NCBI RefSeq assembly: GCF_001194135.2
Contig: NC_068996.1
Span: forward strand, 13,195,707 to 13,235,180
Direction: 5' to 3'
Length of the DNA: 39,474 nucleotides
Origin: Octopus bimaculoides
Taxonomy: Eukaryota
The position numbers and the translations under genes were made by a program. The notes under the pieces were generated by a model. The model was given only the letters and a program-made list of their open reading frames with translations, was not told the origin of the DNA and made no database searches. Shown one piece after another: positions 1 to 11,399 of this stretch (positions are counted from its first letter, which is position 1; the number at the start of each line of letters is the position of its first letter).

Positions 1-780
1 TAGTAAAGAGGGCTTTGACGGGAGCCATCGTCAACAACAAATGGTGGTTTGCCCTCAAGAGAGCAGTAAGGGCGGAAGCAATAAGATATAGCAGGGCACT
101 AGCTGTAGAGAGGAACAGAGTAGAGGGGGACCTAGTGATAAAGTTAGAAGAGGAATTGCGAAGTGGCATCGCATCCGACGTTTTAGCGGCGAGGTTGGCC
201 CTCGACCAACACTTCAATGCTAAACACGAAGGGTGTGCTGTCAGGGCAAGGATGCGTGCTCTGAGGAATGAAGGTGTTGGAGTCGCGCGAGAGGCCCGGG
301 TGGCAGAGGCACAGCGGGGTAACATAACCACCATCCGGTCTCTGGTAGACGAACAGGGGCGCGAATTGCTCGAGTCGAGCAAGACGTGCGAGGCGTTTCA
401 GCGGCATTTTGCCCGACTGTTCGGGAGGAGTGGCGAGCGAGAAGGCAGGGTGAACTTTAGTGTCTACCTGCACAGCTTGCCAGGACTCTCGGGAAGAGAG
501 GCGGAGTGCTGCGAAGGGGTCATCACGGCGGAGGAGGTGAGGGACGTGATGGCGGGTTGCTCGACGGACAAATCTCCGGGTTTGGATGGTCTGCCCTACG
601 AGCTTTACAATTGTATGCCAGACTTATTTGGAGACGTCTTCGCGGCCGTGTACTGCAACTGGCAGCAGAACGGGAGCATTCCCGGTTTTGTGAGCCGAGG
701 AGCGGTAACGCTGCTGAAGAAAGATCCAAACAAGGGGGACGCCATAGATAACTTTAGGCCCATCACTCTGCTCAATGCAG
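1..780 (+). mobile_element. L1/Tx1-clade non-LTR retrotransposon ORF2 fragment (EN-RT linker to start of RT), runs off the left edge, cut at its 3' side
   Basis: Frame is open from base 3. Translation has KSPGLDGLPYELY and LLKKDPNKGDAIDNFRPITLLN, the L1-type pre-RT and RT-start motifs. The segment is GC-rich and switches abruptly to AT-rich DNA after ~780. Confidence 0.85.
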
Positions 781-1189
781 TTATATGGTTATGAGGTTTA
801 TGAAATTACAACACATTTGTATGCATGGATCACTTGTCAAAAATATGTATCTCTCTCCCCGCCTTGTTTATTCTTTTTTCCTTTCCTCTTTCCTCTCTTC
901 CTGTTTCTGATGTGATCTTACAAACACATTCCCAACTTTTAAGTCACTTAAAAAAAGACCTCGATTCAATAACACCATTTACAAACTCTGTGTTTGGAAT
1001 GACCAAGTTTAAATACTATTTGAATTTAATCACAAGGTACAGGAATCTTATATGTATACTATTCTGCCTAAATAAGGGAACTGAAGATACAATATCCTTG
1101 CATAAATCACGTCTATTTTTATTCCTCCACTTTACTCTCTGTTTCATATCTTATGTAGAATAACTATTGCTTAACCATTTTCTCACACC

Positions 1190-1237
1190 GTCTTCGATGA
1201 AGGGATTTAATAAATATCCCGGAAACAGCTGTAAGAC
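1190..1237 (+). ncRNA. Decayed minimal type I hammerhead-like motif (PLE pseudo-LTR type)
   Basis: GTCT-TCGATGA-A-GGGAT(ttaataaat)ATCCC-G-GAA-ACAGCTGT-A-AGAC. Stem I is GTCT/AGAC, stem II is GGGAT/ATCCC, stem III is the palindrome ACAGCTGT, and the triplet is GUA. The core reads TCGATGA instead of CTGATGA. Confidence 0.5.
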
Positions 1238-1296
1238 CTTCTATTTATAAATGTTCTGAAACCTTCACAGCCTTCGATTTTTATCTCAATCTGTTA

Positions 1297-1299
<3 letters not shown>

Positions 1300-1333
<34 letters not shown>
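1300..1333. repeat. (TA)n microsatellite
   Basis: Direct reading. Confidence 0.95.
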
Positions 1334-1337
<4 letters not shown>

Positions 1338-2819
1338 TAAATATACATTTATTTATATATATGTGTGTCTGAGTAAAGACATACACACAGAGAATCATTC
1401 ATTAATCCTGCCAACTGTTATTTCGGTATAGTTAGTAAAACGATATCAGATAGAGTAAGTCCTAACCCAAAACGAATTAAACATTTGAATTCGTGGAGCT
1501 AAAACTGCTTTTGTGTATTTATAGGGTTCATTGACGTTGAGAAGAAAGATAAATGTTGACGTCACTCACTGTTTGTTTTTTAAAACAGGTGTCTGTATAA
1601 TCCATCTCATTCACCATACGATACACAAATATCATACAATATGAATTGCATATTATTCATCCCATGAAATCGTATTTTTGTTTTATATACGAGCGCAGTA
1701 GAAAAACTATGTTCCCATGTATATTGTTTGTGTGTACATGTATTTGTTGGTTAAGATACTGGATTGTCAGATGATGTGTTGCGTGTTCACATCTTACAAT
1801 GAATGTTCCACTGTGTATTCTGACAGGGCTCCAAATTTGACTATATTTTCGCCAGTTTATCTAGCTGTCAATTTAAATGAATTGTAATCGTCTTGGGTTC
1901 ACATTAGAATTGGTTTCATCTTGCAATGTAGACACTACATGCCAGACCTATATTGATTCCATAAACAGAGAGTATTCTTCAGTGGGGTCATACCAACCTC
2001 ATCTCTTTTAACAGGGTGAAAATCTATCTATATATTTCACGAAATAACCACTGCACTCCAAACCCTCTAAACACAAGCAGCACTTATCTACACCTCGTAC
2101 ATTTCCAGATATTGAACCAGTGTATAACCGAGAATGTTTTCTGGTGAAAGCAAGTCCTTAGTAAAGCTAGAGCTATGTCTCAAAGACTAGCCCTTCTCTT
2201 TACAACTAGAAAATATTTCAACCTTCACCCTGACAGATAATGACACTCTCTAAAGCTCAAGTGGTGCTCACGAATGAATACTTCTCCTATAACTGGAATG
2301 ATGCTGCAACTGGGCACACTGACGTCTAAACAATCAAAAGAAGAGCCATTCGGCTCTTTTGCACCCTCTAAAATATGGACAGTCACTAGCTCCTGGCACA
2401 CAAGTGTACTATATTCTCTCTTTGTATTTTATAACGCTGCTATAATAGTGTCTGCTTGTCGATGCTGGCTGACCCCGTACTTCAGTTACACAAATAACAC
2501 CGACTTACACGCTTTTCCACCTCTCATTAGTCTGGAAATTTCCAATCTCTTCTGGCCGCACAAACGAGCAACCCCAAGCCTCTTTCCCCAGAAATTTGGG
2601 CCTCCAGCATCTTCTCTCAGCTCATATCTTTTGTGCAGGTGTTGACCTACAACAATTTCCAAGGAATATTAACGGCATCAGTTTCGGAGAGCTGGCAAGT
2701 GTCAATGTGCTTTGAACCTTATACGCTCATTCAGTAAAAGACAAAAAGAGCTTTCCTCTGGATAACCCTGCATTGTAGCCGTTTCTGAGAAATGCGTATA
2801 CATGTTTCCTATATGTGAA

Positions 2820-2872
2820 TTGTGTGTGAGTGTGTTTGTGTGTGTGTGAGAGTGTGTGTGTGTGTGTGTGTG
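2820..2872. repeat. (TG)n microsatellite, imperfect
   Basis: Direct reading. Confidence 0.9.
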
Positions 2873-2944
2873 TACATTGAAAAATCCGTTTAATATAAAG
2901 AGGCAGGTATTAAAGATGCAACCAAAGAGAACACTATTAAAAAT

Positions 2945-3236
2945 AACGGTGACTACGACGACGATGAAGACTACGACGGCGAAGACTACGACGACGACAA
3001 CGATGAAGATGGTGATAATAATAATAACAATGATAATAATAGAAATGATGGTCATATTAATAATAACAATAACAATAATAATGATAATAATAATAATAAT
3101 GATGATGGTAATATTAATAATAACAATAATAATGATAATAATAACAACAACAATAGTAATAATAATAATAATAACAATAGTAGTAGTAATAATAACAACA
3201 ACAACAACAACAACAATAATAATAATAATAATAATG

Positions 3237-3287
<51 letters not shown>

Positions 3288-3288
3288 G
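2945..3288. repeat. Degenerate trinucleotide tract (ACG/ATG grading into ATA/ACA/TAA)
   Basis: Direct reading. It is the source of the poly-I/T/Y ORFs in the track. Confidence 0.9.
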
Positions 3289-3688
3289 AATAGGAAGCCA
3301 GACATAGTCTTAATTGAGAAAGAAAGCAAAGGATGCTGGATCATAGATATAGCATGCTCAGCTGACAACAAGGTATGCGATAAGACAAAAAGCAAAGTTG
3401 AGAGATATGACAGGTTAGCCTAAGAGGTTAAGCAGTTGTGGTCTCTGAAAAAAGTGGTAGTAGAACCAATAATTGTCGGAGCCCTGGAAACAGTGAGTAA
3501 AAATCTTGAGAAGTACATGGAACAAACAGTGGCTGCAGTAAGGGGCGAGCACTTGCAGGAAACAGCACTGCTGTGAACCGCTCGAATACTCCGGAAGGTG
3601 CTCGAAAAATAAGGGGTGTTACCTTAGTTCACTGGTAGTGAACAGCTGACACCATAGTACATCTCCAGCGTTAGAAGTTGTGCAAAGG
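3289..3688 (+). mobile_element. R4/Dong-clade non-LTR retrotransposon, 5'-truncated 3' end (restriction-like endonuclease, RLE, plus 3' UTR)
   Basis: Manual translation from 3289: NRKPDIVLIEKESKGCWIIDIACSADNKV...KVERYDRLA*EVKQLWSLKKVVVEPIIVGALETV...TALL*TARILRKVLEK* (stop at 3610-3612). This is a PD..D RLE C-terminus, followed by a short UTR and a TAA-type tail. Confidence 0.85.
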
Positions 3689-3880
<192 letters not shown>

Positions 3881-4193
3881 TACGGCGTTATCAAAACTGA
3901 AAATTGTGAAACTAAAGAAAATTTAAACAAGAAATAAACACGAAAAAAGAAAAAAAGCATAGAAGGAAAAAACATGTACGGTCAGTTTGCGAGAGATGTG
4001 AACGTCAAGACAAATACAGAGGACCGGCGGCTATGAATGAGGAGGAGTGACCTGAAGATAGAGACCGAAGCACTCATATGCGCAGGAACAAGCGTTAAGG
4101 ACCAATTGTATGAAGTGCTACGATAGCAACAAATGCAGAATGTGTGTTGAAAAGGGTGAAAGGGTATGGGATATCGTTAGCGAATACACGAAA
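3881..4193 (+). mobile_element. R4/Dong-clade fragment (post-RT region to CCHC zinc knuckle)
   Basis: MYGQFARD...RSDLKIETEALICA, then after a frameshift QALRTNCMKCYDSNKCRMCVEKGERVWDIVSEYTK. It matches the HGQF...ETE..I.AAQ.QALRT...CR.C...H...C block. Confidence 0.8.
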
Positions 4194-4803
4194 TTTCATG
4201 GTAGATTCTCAAAGATAGTTTCAGGAAATAATAGCAGTGAGACATGTTTATGGCTGCAGAAAGGAAAGCTGAAGAGAGAGATAGAATGTTTGCTAGTAGA
4301 TGCACAAGATCAAGCATTAAGGACTAATTGGATAAAAGCCAAGATTGACAAAAAACAACTAGATTCCCAATGTAGATTATGCAAAACCAAAAGAGGAAAG
4401 CGTTACGCATATAGTAAGTGAATGTAGCATGATGAGACAGAAAGAATGCAAGAAAAGACATGATAATCGAGGGAGAACAATTCACTGGAGGCTATGTAAG
4501 AAACTTGGATTTGAACATACTGATAAATGGTATGAACATGAATCTAGTAAGATGCTAGAAAGTAAGAAATACATGATGTTGTGGGTCTTTAACATTCAGA
4601 CTGACAGAGTAATTGAAGCTAGAAGGCCTGATTCAGTAGTAGATAAAGAGAATAGAAAGTGCCAGATAATTGACTTTACAGTCCCAAATGATGAGAAAAT
4701 CAATATGAGAGGTATAGAAAAAATAGCAAAGTACCAGAACCTAGCTTTTGAATTACAGAGACTATGGAATGTGCGAGTAAAATGTATCCCAGTAGTTATA
4801 GGT
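4194..4803 (+). mobile_element. R4/Dong-clade fragment (zinc knuckle + RLE), different subfamily, cut at its 3' side
   Basis: FHGRF...WLQKGKLKREIECLLVDAQDQALRTNWIKAKID...CRLC (frameshift) HIVSEC...RHD...IHWRLCK...WYEH...IQTDRVIEARRPD...IIDFTVPND...KYQNLAFELQRLW...IPVVIG. Confidence 0.85.
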
Positions 4804-4859
4804 ATGAAAATTTAATAATAATTTAACTTTACTTAAAAAGAAAAGAAAATTTCAAACAA

Positions 4860-7590
4860 TACACTGAATCGCTTATCCAATGGTTATTCTGGAAGCGCGT
4901 CCAATGGTCATTCAGGAGGCTGTCAGCCTGACAGCGAAAAGTTTTCAGATGGCAGAATATCTTTCCCGAATATGAACCTGGAAGGTCACTTAAACGGGAT
5001 TTATCCCAAATTAAGCCCCCAAAGTTCACCACCACAACGACCACAAAATCAAAAATGTAAAATAACTAAATGGAACCGGGAAGAATATGAAGAAGTAATA
5101 TACGCTTATTACTTTGCATTAAGTAGGCCAACCCAAGAGAAACACACCACAAACTCCTACAGAATTTGGAGGAGCCGGAATCCAGCTAGCAGACCAAAAC
5201 TAGATGAAAACAGATTAGCAAATGTTAGAAGAGATATCTTCAGAAATACCAGACTCACAGATGCAGAATTAACCTCTACTAAAAAAGTGGTAGAGAATGA
5301 CCTAAATATAAGTCAGGAAAGAAATAACGAAGCAGAGGAGAGGAACGTTGGACCACAAGCATTGATTGAAAGGCGACCATCTGCCGAAACTACTCAAGAG
5401 GCTGAAGAAAAAGGAAAATATAATGGCCCTAGAAAAAACAGACAGGAAACAGAATTTGAAGACCACATATTTGCTGAACAACACAGAAAATCTATCATCG
5501 AAATGAAGTAGGAAGTTCTGAATGAGCTTGCAGTTGTAGAGCATACAAATATGAATGATAGGGAACCACTCCATAAACTCCCAAATGCACACCAACATAA
5601 AACGCAAATAAAAATTGGCAACTGCGATACACAAGAAATCATACAACAACTAAAACCCGATCTTAATAAGCTAAATGAAATTATTTACTCTGTTGCTAAG
5701 GTAATCGAAAGATGCTGTTTAACACCCAAAAAGCCAACAATACCAAATTCGAGAAGAAAATCAAACTGGAGGAGTAGAATTGAAACTGAGATTGAATCGT
5801 TGCGAAGGGAGATATCAATATTAACTAAGTTAATCTCTGGAAATGGTTTAAGATCAAGAAAAGGCAGGAAGATCGTGAGAAAATATGGACTCTCAACAAG
5901 AGAACTAATGTCAGCGAATGAAACACTTAAACAAAAAGTTCAAGCAAAAGCTCAGAGAATACGCAAATTTGAGAAAAGAATCAAATTCTACAGGCAAAAT
6001 AAGATGTTCAAATCCAATGCCAAATCATTTTACAGCGAAATAGGGAAAGACAAAATAACCATTGAAAATCCACCCCTAATGGAAGAAGTTGAAAACTTTT
6101 GGAAAGGGATCTGGAGTGATGAGAAACCATACAATGAAAATGCAGACTGGATCAAATGCACCCAAGATGCCTAGAAAAATCTAGAAGAACATGTATGGGA
6201 AGACAGCTCAATCGCCGACCTAAGGAGGGCACTAACGAAGGCTCTTAAGTGGAAATCCCCTGGTACTGATAGAGTACCAAATTTCCGGCTCTCATCACTC
6301 TCGTCCGCACACAAAATGTTAGTAATACTATTTATTATGAAAGACCCGGAAAAAAACTCCCCAGTGGATGGCAAATGGTATTACTTACCTCTTCCCCAAA
6401 AATAACGAAACTAAAGACACAAAAAAACTACCGGCCTATAACATGTGTCTCTACTACCTATAAGATTTTGACATCTATTCTAGTGGAGAAAACATATAAG
6501 TTTATGGAACAAAAAGGATGCAGACGAGACTCATACGGATGCAAAGATCAGCTCTTAATTAATCGCATGATCCTTGAGAACTGCCATAACAAGCGCAGAA
6601 ATCTCAGCTCTTCATGGATTGATTATTAAAAAGGCCTTTGACAGCATACCACATTTGTGGATTTTGAAATCGCTGGACATTTTCAAAATTTCTCCTGTGA
6701 TTTCAGATTTTTAAAGTATAATATGTCACTATGGAACACGAAGCTCCAATTATATCATTGTAACGGTGTATTGCGCTCAAACAATATTAGCATAAACTGT
6801 GACATTTTCCAAGGTGACTCGCTTTCACCCCTAATTTTTTGCATAGCACTAATACCACTCTCAAGTGAACTGAATAGAAAAGGGTATTGCTACAAAATTG
6901 ACAACAGGAAAATAAGCCATCTGTTTTATGTGGATGATTTAAAACTATATGCCAAAGATGATGAAGAGCTTCAAGGACTACTACATACTGTGAAAGGATT
7001 CAGTGATGATATCGGGATGGAGTTTGGCCTTGAAATGTGTGCCAAAGTCACTTTTAGGAAAGGGAAACTGGTAAAGTCAAGTTCAATCGAATTAGATGTC
7101 GAAACAGTAATAAAGGAACTTGAGCAGGAACAAACCTATAAATACCCAGGAATATATGAAGGCTCTGGTATCCAGCATGCAAGCATGAAAGAGAAGGTTA
7201 GGAAGGATTGTTATAGAAGAGTTCGAGCAGTTCTGAAGTCTGAGCTGAATGCATATAATAAGGTGTTAGCCATAAATTCCTAAACAGTCCCAGTTGTTCT
7301 TTATAGCTTCAATGTGCTTAACTGGAATATCAGTGAAATAATAAACTACTGACTTGTAATAAGATGCACCATCCAAAGGCAGACGTGGATCGTCTTTACC
7401 TTCCCAGAGCTCAGGGAGGTCGAGGCTTGATCCAGCTTGAACTTACGTACAAAACCACCACAATCGGACTGGCCAAATACCTTGAAACAACCAACGATTG
7501 GATGCTAAAACTTGCTGAAAAACATGAAAGACCGAAAAAAACTTCACTCTATTCTGAAAGAGAGCAAAAAATTCGCAACTGATCTCTTAG
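4860..7590 (+). mobile_element. R4/Dong-clade non-LTR retrotransposon, long decayed copy (N-terminal region + RT), lacking zinc knuckle and RLE
   Basis: Broken ORFs 4972-5511, 5551-6174, 6375-6629, 6657-7283 and 7364-7582. They carry KWNREEY...LANVRRDI, LKQKVQAKAQRIRKF..R..FYRQNKMF, WKSPGTD, NYRPITC, QKGC..GCKDQLLI, WIDY(KKAFDS), IFQGDSLSP, SHLFYVDDLKLYA, DIGMEFGL and LYLPRAQGGRGL. Multiple stops and frameshifts. Left boundary is approximate. Confidence 0.9.
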
Positions 7591-7635
7591 ATAACAACAA
7601 CTACAACCACAACAACAGTAATTATTATTATAACA

Positions 7636-7750
7636 GTGCTATTAGGGACATCTAGGATACTTAGGAGGGTTTTTGGCATCCAAGTTACTTGTGGCCTGAT
7701 GTTAGGAATTTTTCTTTTCCAACAGTTTAATCTGTTGTGTATATATGAAA
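7636..7750 (+). mobile_element. R4/Dong-clade extreme 3' end (last codons + 3' UTR)
   Basis: VLLGTSRILRRVFG matches the terminal motif of the other copies (TALL*TARILRKVL, CLLGKARIIRKLL) and is followed by a TAA/TGA tail. Confidence 0.7.
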
Positions 7751-7774
7751 ATGATAATAATAGTAATAATAGTA

Positions 7775-7806
<32 letters not shown>

Positions 7807-7840
7807 AATGATGATGATGATGATGATGATGATGGTGATG

Positions 7841-7917
<77 letters not shown>
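7751..7917. repeat. Compound microsatellite (TAA)-(TGA)n-(TAA)n
   Basis: Direct reading. Confidence 0.95.
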
Positions 7918-7918
<1 letters not shown>

Positions 7919-8513
7919 TAGCACTTTCGCGACAGGATCAGGTAGTGAAAGTGCTACAATGGAAACTGTGCGACAAGTGGGGCTAGGGAGAGACAAGACG
8001 TAGTATGATCACAAACCACAAAGAATGGCAGAGTCGAAGACTAGCAACATCCTCTTGGTTTTCCCAATCCAAACTGATCAGGTGCTAGAGCCATAACAGA
8101 CCGGACCTAGTGGTGTTGGACATGGTACACCACATATGCTATGTAGTTGATGTGTTGCATGCCCCTTTGACCCACGAATATTCAAGAAATAGAGTGAAAA
8201 GATAGAGAAATACAGCCCTCTTAAGTACAAAATAGCCCGGCTATGAAAAATGAAAACAGCGAAGATAGTGTCAATTATTGTTGGGTCGTTGGGAACAGTA
8301 TCAGAAGACATCAAGATGAATATAAAGGAAATTGGAACAGAGTGCGCAGTAGAACCGTTACAAAAGGTTTGCCTCCTTGGCAAGGCCAGAATAATCAGGA
8401 AACTATTAGATAACTGAAAAGAACGGATAGCATGGTTTCGTAGTCTGCAGATAGCAAGCCTGCTGCGCATGCAAGACTCCAGGAGCTCCAACAAAACCTA
8501 TGATAAAGAGAAA
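7918..8513 (+). mobile_element. R4/Dong-clade 5'-truncated 3' end (RLE + 3' UTR), further subfamily
   Basis: RQDQVVKVLQWKLCDKWG...YDHKPQ...IQTDQVL(E)HNRPDLVVLD...CYVVDV(AC)PFD...EKIEKYSPLKY...IIVGSLGTV...LQKVCLLGKARIIRKLLDN* (stop at 8415-8417), with frameshifts. Confidence 0.85.
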
Positions 8514-8530
8514 TAGTAATAGTAATAATA

Positions 8531-8733
8531 ATTTTGGCGCAAGAGCAGCAGTTTCAGTGGAGAGGGTAAGTCAATCGCATCGATCCCAGTATTCAACTGG
8601 TACTCATTTTATCAACCCAGAAGGGATGGAAAGCAAAGGTGACTTCAGCGGAATTTGAACTCAGGACGTAAAGACGAGCGAAATGCTGTCAAGTATTTTG
8701 TCTGGCACAGTAACTGTTCTGCCAGATCGCCTT
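8531..8733 (-). mobile_element. tRNA-derived SINE, family A
   Basis: Minus strand reads GGCGATCTGGCAGAACAG...CTGAGTTCAAATTCCGC...GATAAAATGAGTACCAGTTG...CGCCAAAATT, with A-box-like and B-box (8650-8662) motifs. Homologous to copies at 21332 and 33375. Confidence 0.8.
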
Positions 8734-8960
<227 letters not shown>

Positions 8961-9939
8961 AATGGGCTTCAGATTTTTCCCCTTTACAAGTACATTACAT
9001 TCGGCTTCCTTCATAATATTCATGTCAATATATCTGTAGTCGGTAGAGTAAGAAAGTGAAGTACTTTTGCTGTCTATCTTAAACAACAAGAAATATTGGC
9101 TGAAAATAGAGATAAATGATTTTGTAGCAGAAATCATCACAATTGGTAACCGGCTGTTAGACAGCTATGTCAAGCACGCTAAAAGTTTGAAAATCATTGG
9201 CTCAAGAGACGCTTCATCACCCAGCAATATGATATAACAAATAGATAGGAATTTGAGAAAGACAAGTAGAATCGTAATAAATAGCGTTGAATAAATGATA
9301 TGCGATATACAAAGAGAAAGTTAGGTAGATGGGAAGGGAGGCGAATGAATGGATTGATTGATGGGATGTGTAGATAAATGGATAGAAATAGCTGGACAGA
9401 CAGAAATACAGATAAGAAGATACGTTAAAACACACACACGTATGTTTGTGTGTTGATATATATATATCTATATATATTAAATATAGGCGTACACACACAC
9501 ATACGTATATAAATAATAGTTGTATTTTGAATATTTCTTATCTATATAATAAATGTGTATGTAAATATCTCTATCATTAGCAATTGTTTTTTTATATACA
9601 AACATATACACACACATATATAAATATTTATATACATGCACATACATATTTATTTATGTATGCATACACACACACATACACTCAGACACAGACACATACG
9701 CGCGCGCACAGACACATACATATCTATATACACAATCACTCATACATTGACATTATAAATAGGTAAATATACAGGTGTGTGTATGTCTGTGCATATGCAG
9801 AAAAAATGTATATACATTTTTATATAAAGATATATATGTAAAAAAACTATTTATCATAAAATTGAAGTTACTCAATACTTTTGAGCAGAGCCCGTTTTTT
9901 AAAATTTCTATTAGGTTCACTCTTTTAAATTTAAAACTT

Positions 9940-10054
<115 letters not shown>

Positions 10055-10775
10055 GGGCTGGTCATGCCGTAGTTGATGATGCGCAGACATGCGCTGAGAN
10101 NNNNNNNNNNNNNNNNNNNNNNNNNNNNNNNNNNNNNNNNNNNNNNNNNNNNNNNNNNNNNNNNNNNNNNNNNNNNNNNNNNNNNNNNNNNNNNNNNNNN
10201 NNNNNNNNNNNNNNNNNNNNNNNNNNNNNNNNNNNNNNNNNNNNNNNNNNNNNNNNNNNNNNNNNNNNNNNNNNNNNNNNNNNNNNNNNNNNNNNNNNNN
10301 NNNNNNNNNNNNNNNNNNNNNNNNNNNNNNNNNNNNNNNNNNNNNNNNNNNNNNNNNNNNNNNNNNNNNNNNNNNNNNNNNNNNGTGGAGGGGAAGTACG
10401 ACGACAATCTCGAAGCGAACCTTGGCGTCGACGAGGAATACTTGACCCGCCTGTTCAAGACGACTTTCGGGCCGGGACCTATGGAGAACTTCCAGAGATC
10501 CCTGGTCTGGCAGTGCTATCGAGAAGCGCTACCCGTTCGGGATAAGCTCTACAGGCATGGCTCGAGAAACACGGAGCCGACCTGCCCGCGATACTGACAG
10601 AGCGACGAAACTGTTCTGCACGTACTCGTACAGTGTCCAACCATTTCCAACCTGTGGGCTTATATCGAACGATTTCGCGTGTGGGTCGAGTCAGTTTATC
10701 AGCCGAGTCTATCGTGAAAATTGTTGCACCTCCTTCTTTGAAACGGGAAGGAAGAGACATTTTCATCGTACGTGT
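10055..10775 (+). mobile_element. L1/Tx1-clade ORF2 C-terminal fragment (post-RT + zinc-binding region) spanning an assembly gap
   Basis: GLVMP*LMMRRHALR precedes the gap. After it: FQRSLVWQCYREALPVRDKLYRHG...TCPRY*QSDETVLHVLVQCP..LWAYIE...LSAESIVKI..PPS..REGRDIF, resembling the zf-RVT motif. GC-rich like 1-780. That both sides of the gap belong to one copy is assumed. Confidence 0.8.
10100..10384. other. Assembly gap (N run). Other gaps: 19649-19766, 25982-26059, 27013-27188, 30858-30867, 36190-36199
   Basis: Direct reading. Most gaps sit inside (TA)n tracts. Confidence 1.
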
Positions 10776-10784
10776 AACCCTAAC

Positions 10785-10885
10785 CTGATGAAGTTTCTTC
10801 TGCACTGTGGGGTATATTCGCTTCTATTACATCATTCCCCACCCACTAGGGAGCAGTGCAGATGGGAGCCGAAACGACCGCCGTA
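10785..10885 (+). ncRNA. Hammerhead-ribozyme-like motif with long branched stem II
   Basis: CTGATGA at 10785-10791. Stem II GTTTCTTCTGCACTG pairs with CAGTGCAGATGGGAGC. GAAA at 10871-10874, stem III ACG/CGT, GUA triplet at 10883-10885, then AATAAA. Proximal stem I is not paired. Confidence 0.6.
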
Positions 10886-11399
10886 CTAAATAAAGCTTAC
10901 AATACACTCTGTCTTCCCTATCAATTATTTAAAATATTCTAAACACGCACCGACGAATCTCTTACGTAGATCCTGCGACTAAAGTGTAGTACCACGGATG
11001 ACGCCTGGTGGCCGTAAGTGGTGAACGTGCTCTCAAGGCTCACTGCTAAGGAGCCTTGAGAAGTTTTTAAGTCTCCTATTTAAGCTTTAATTTTAAACAT
11101 AACCTACGTACATACATATATGTTTGTGTGTGTGTGTGTATGTGTGTGTGTGCATGTACACACACACGCACACATGTATGCAGACACGCACATGCGTAGA
11201 CACACAAATACGTATAGAAATATATCGCTATATCGACCAGAATATCAGATGTTATACTTCGCTGGTCCTAATGCATCCCGAAATACCCCACGTATCTTTT
11301 GCGTGTGAGCAGGTAAGACGTTGCTATCAAAGAGTCTGGCACATATGGACTTATCTAACTTTGATTTGAGAACATCCTATAAATCCTGGAGATAAGAAG

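Noticed and set aside
2620-2790. Minus-strand CAGAGGA...CCGAAAC
   Set aside because: Core substitution and a non-canonical stem II register.
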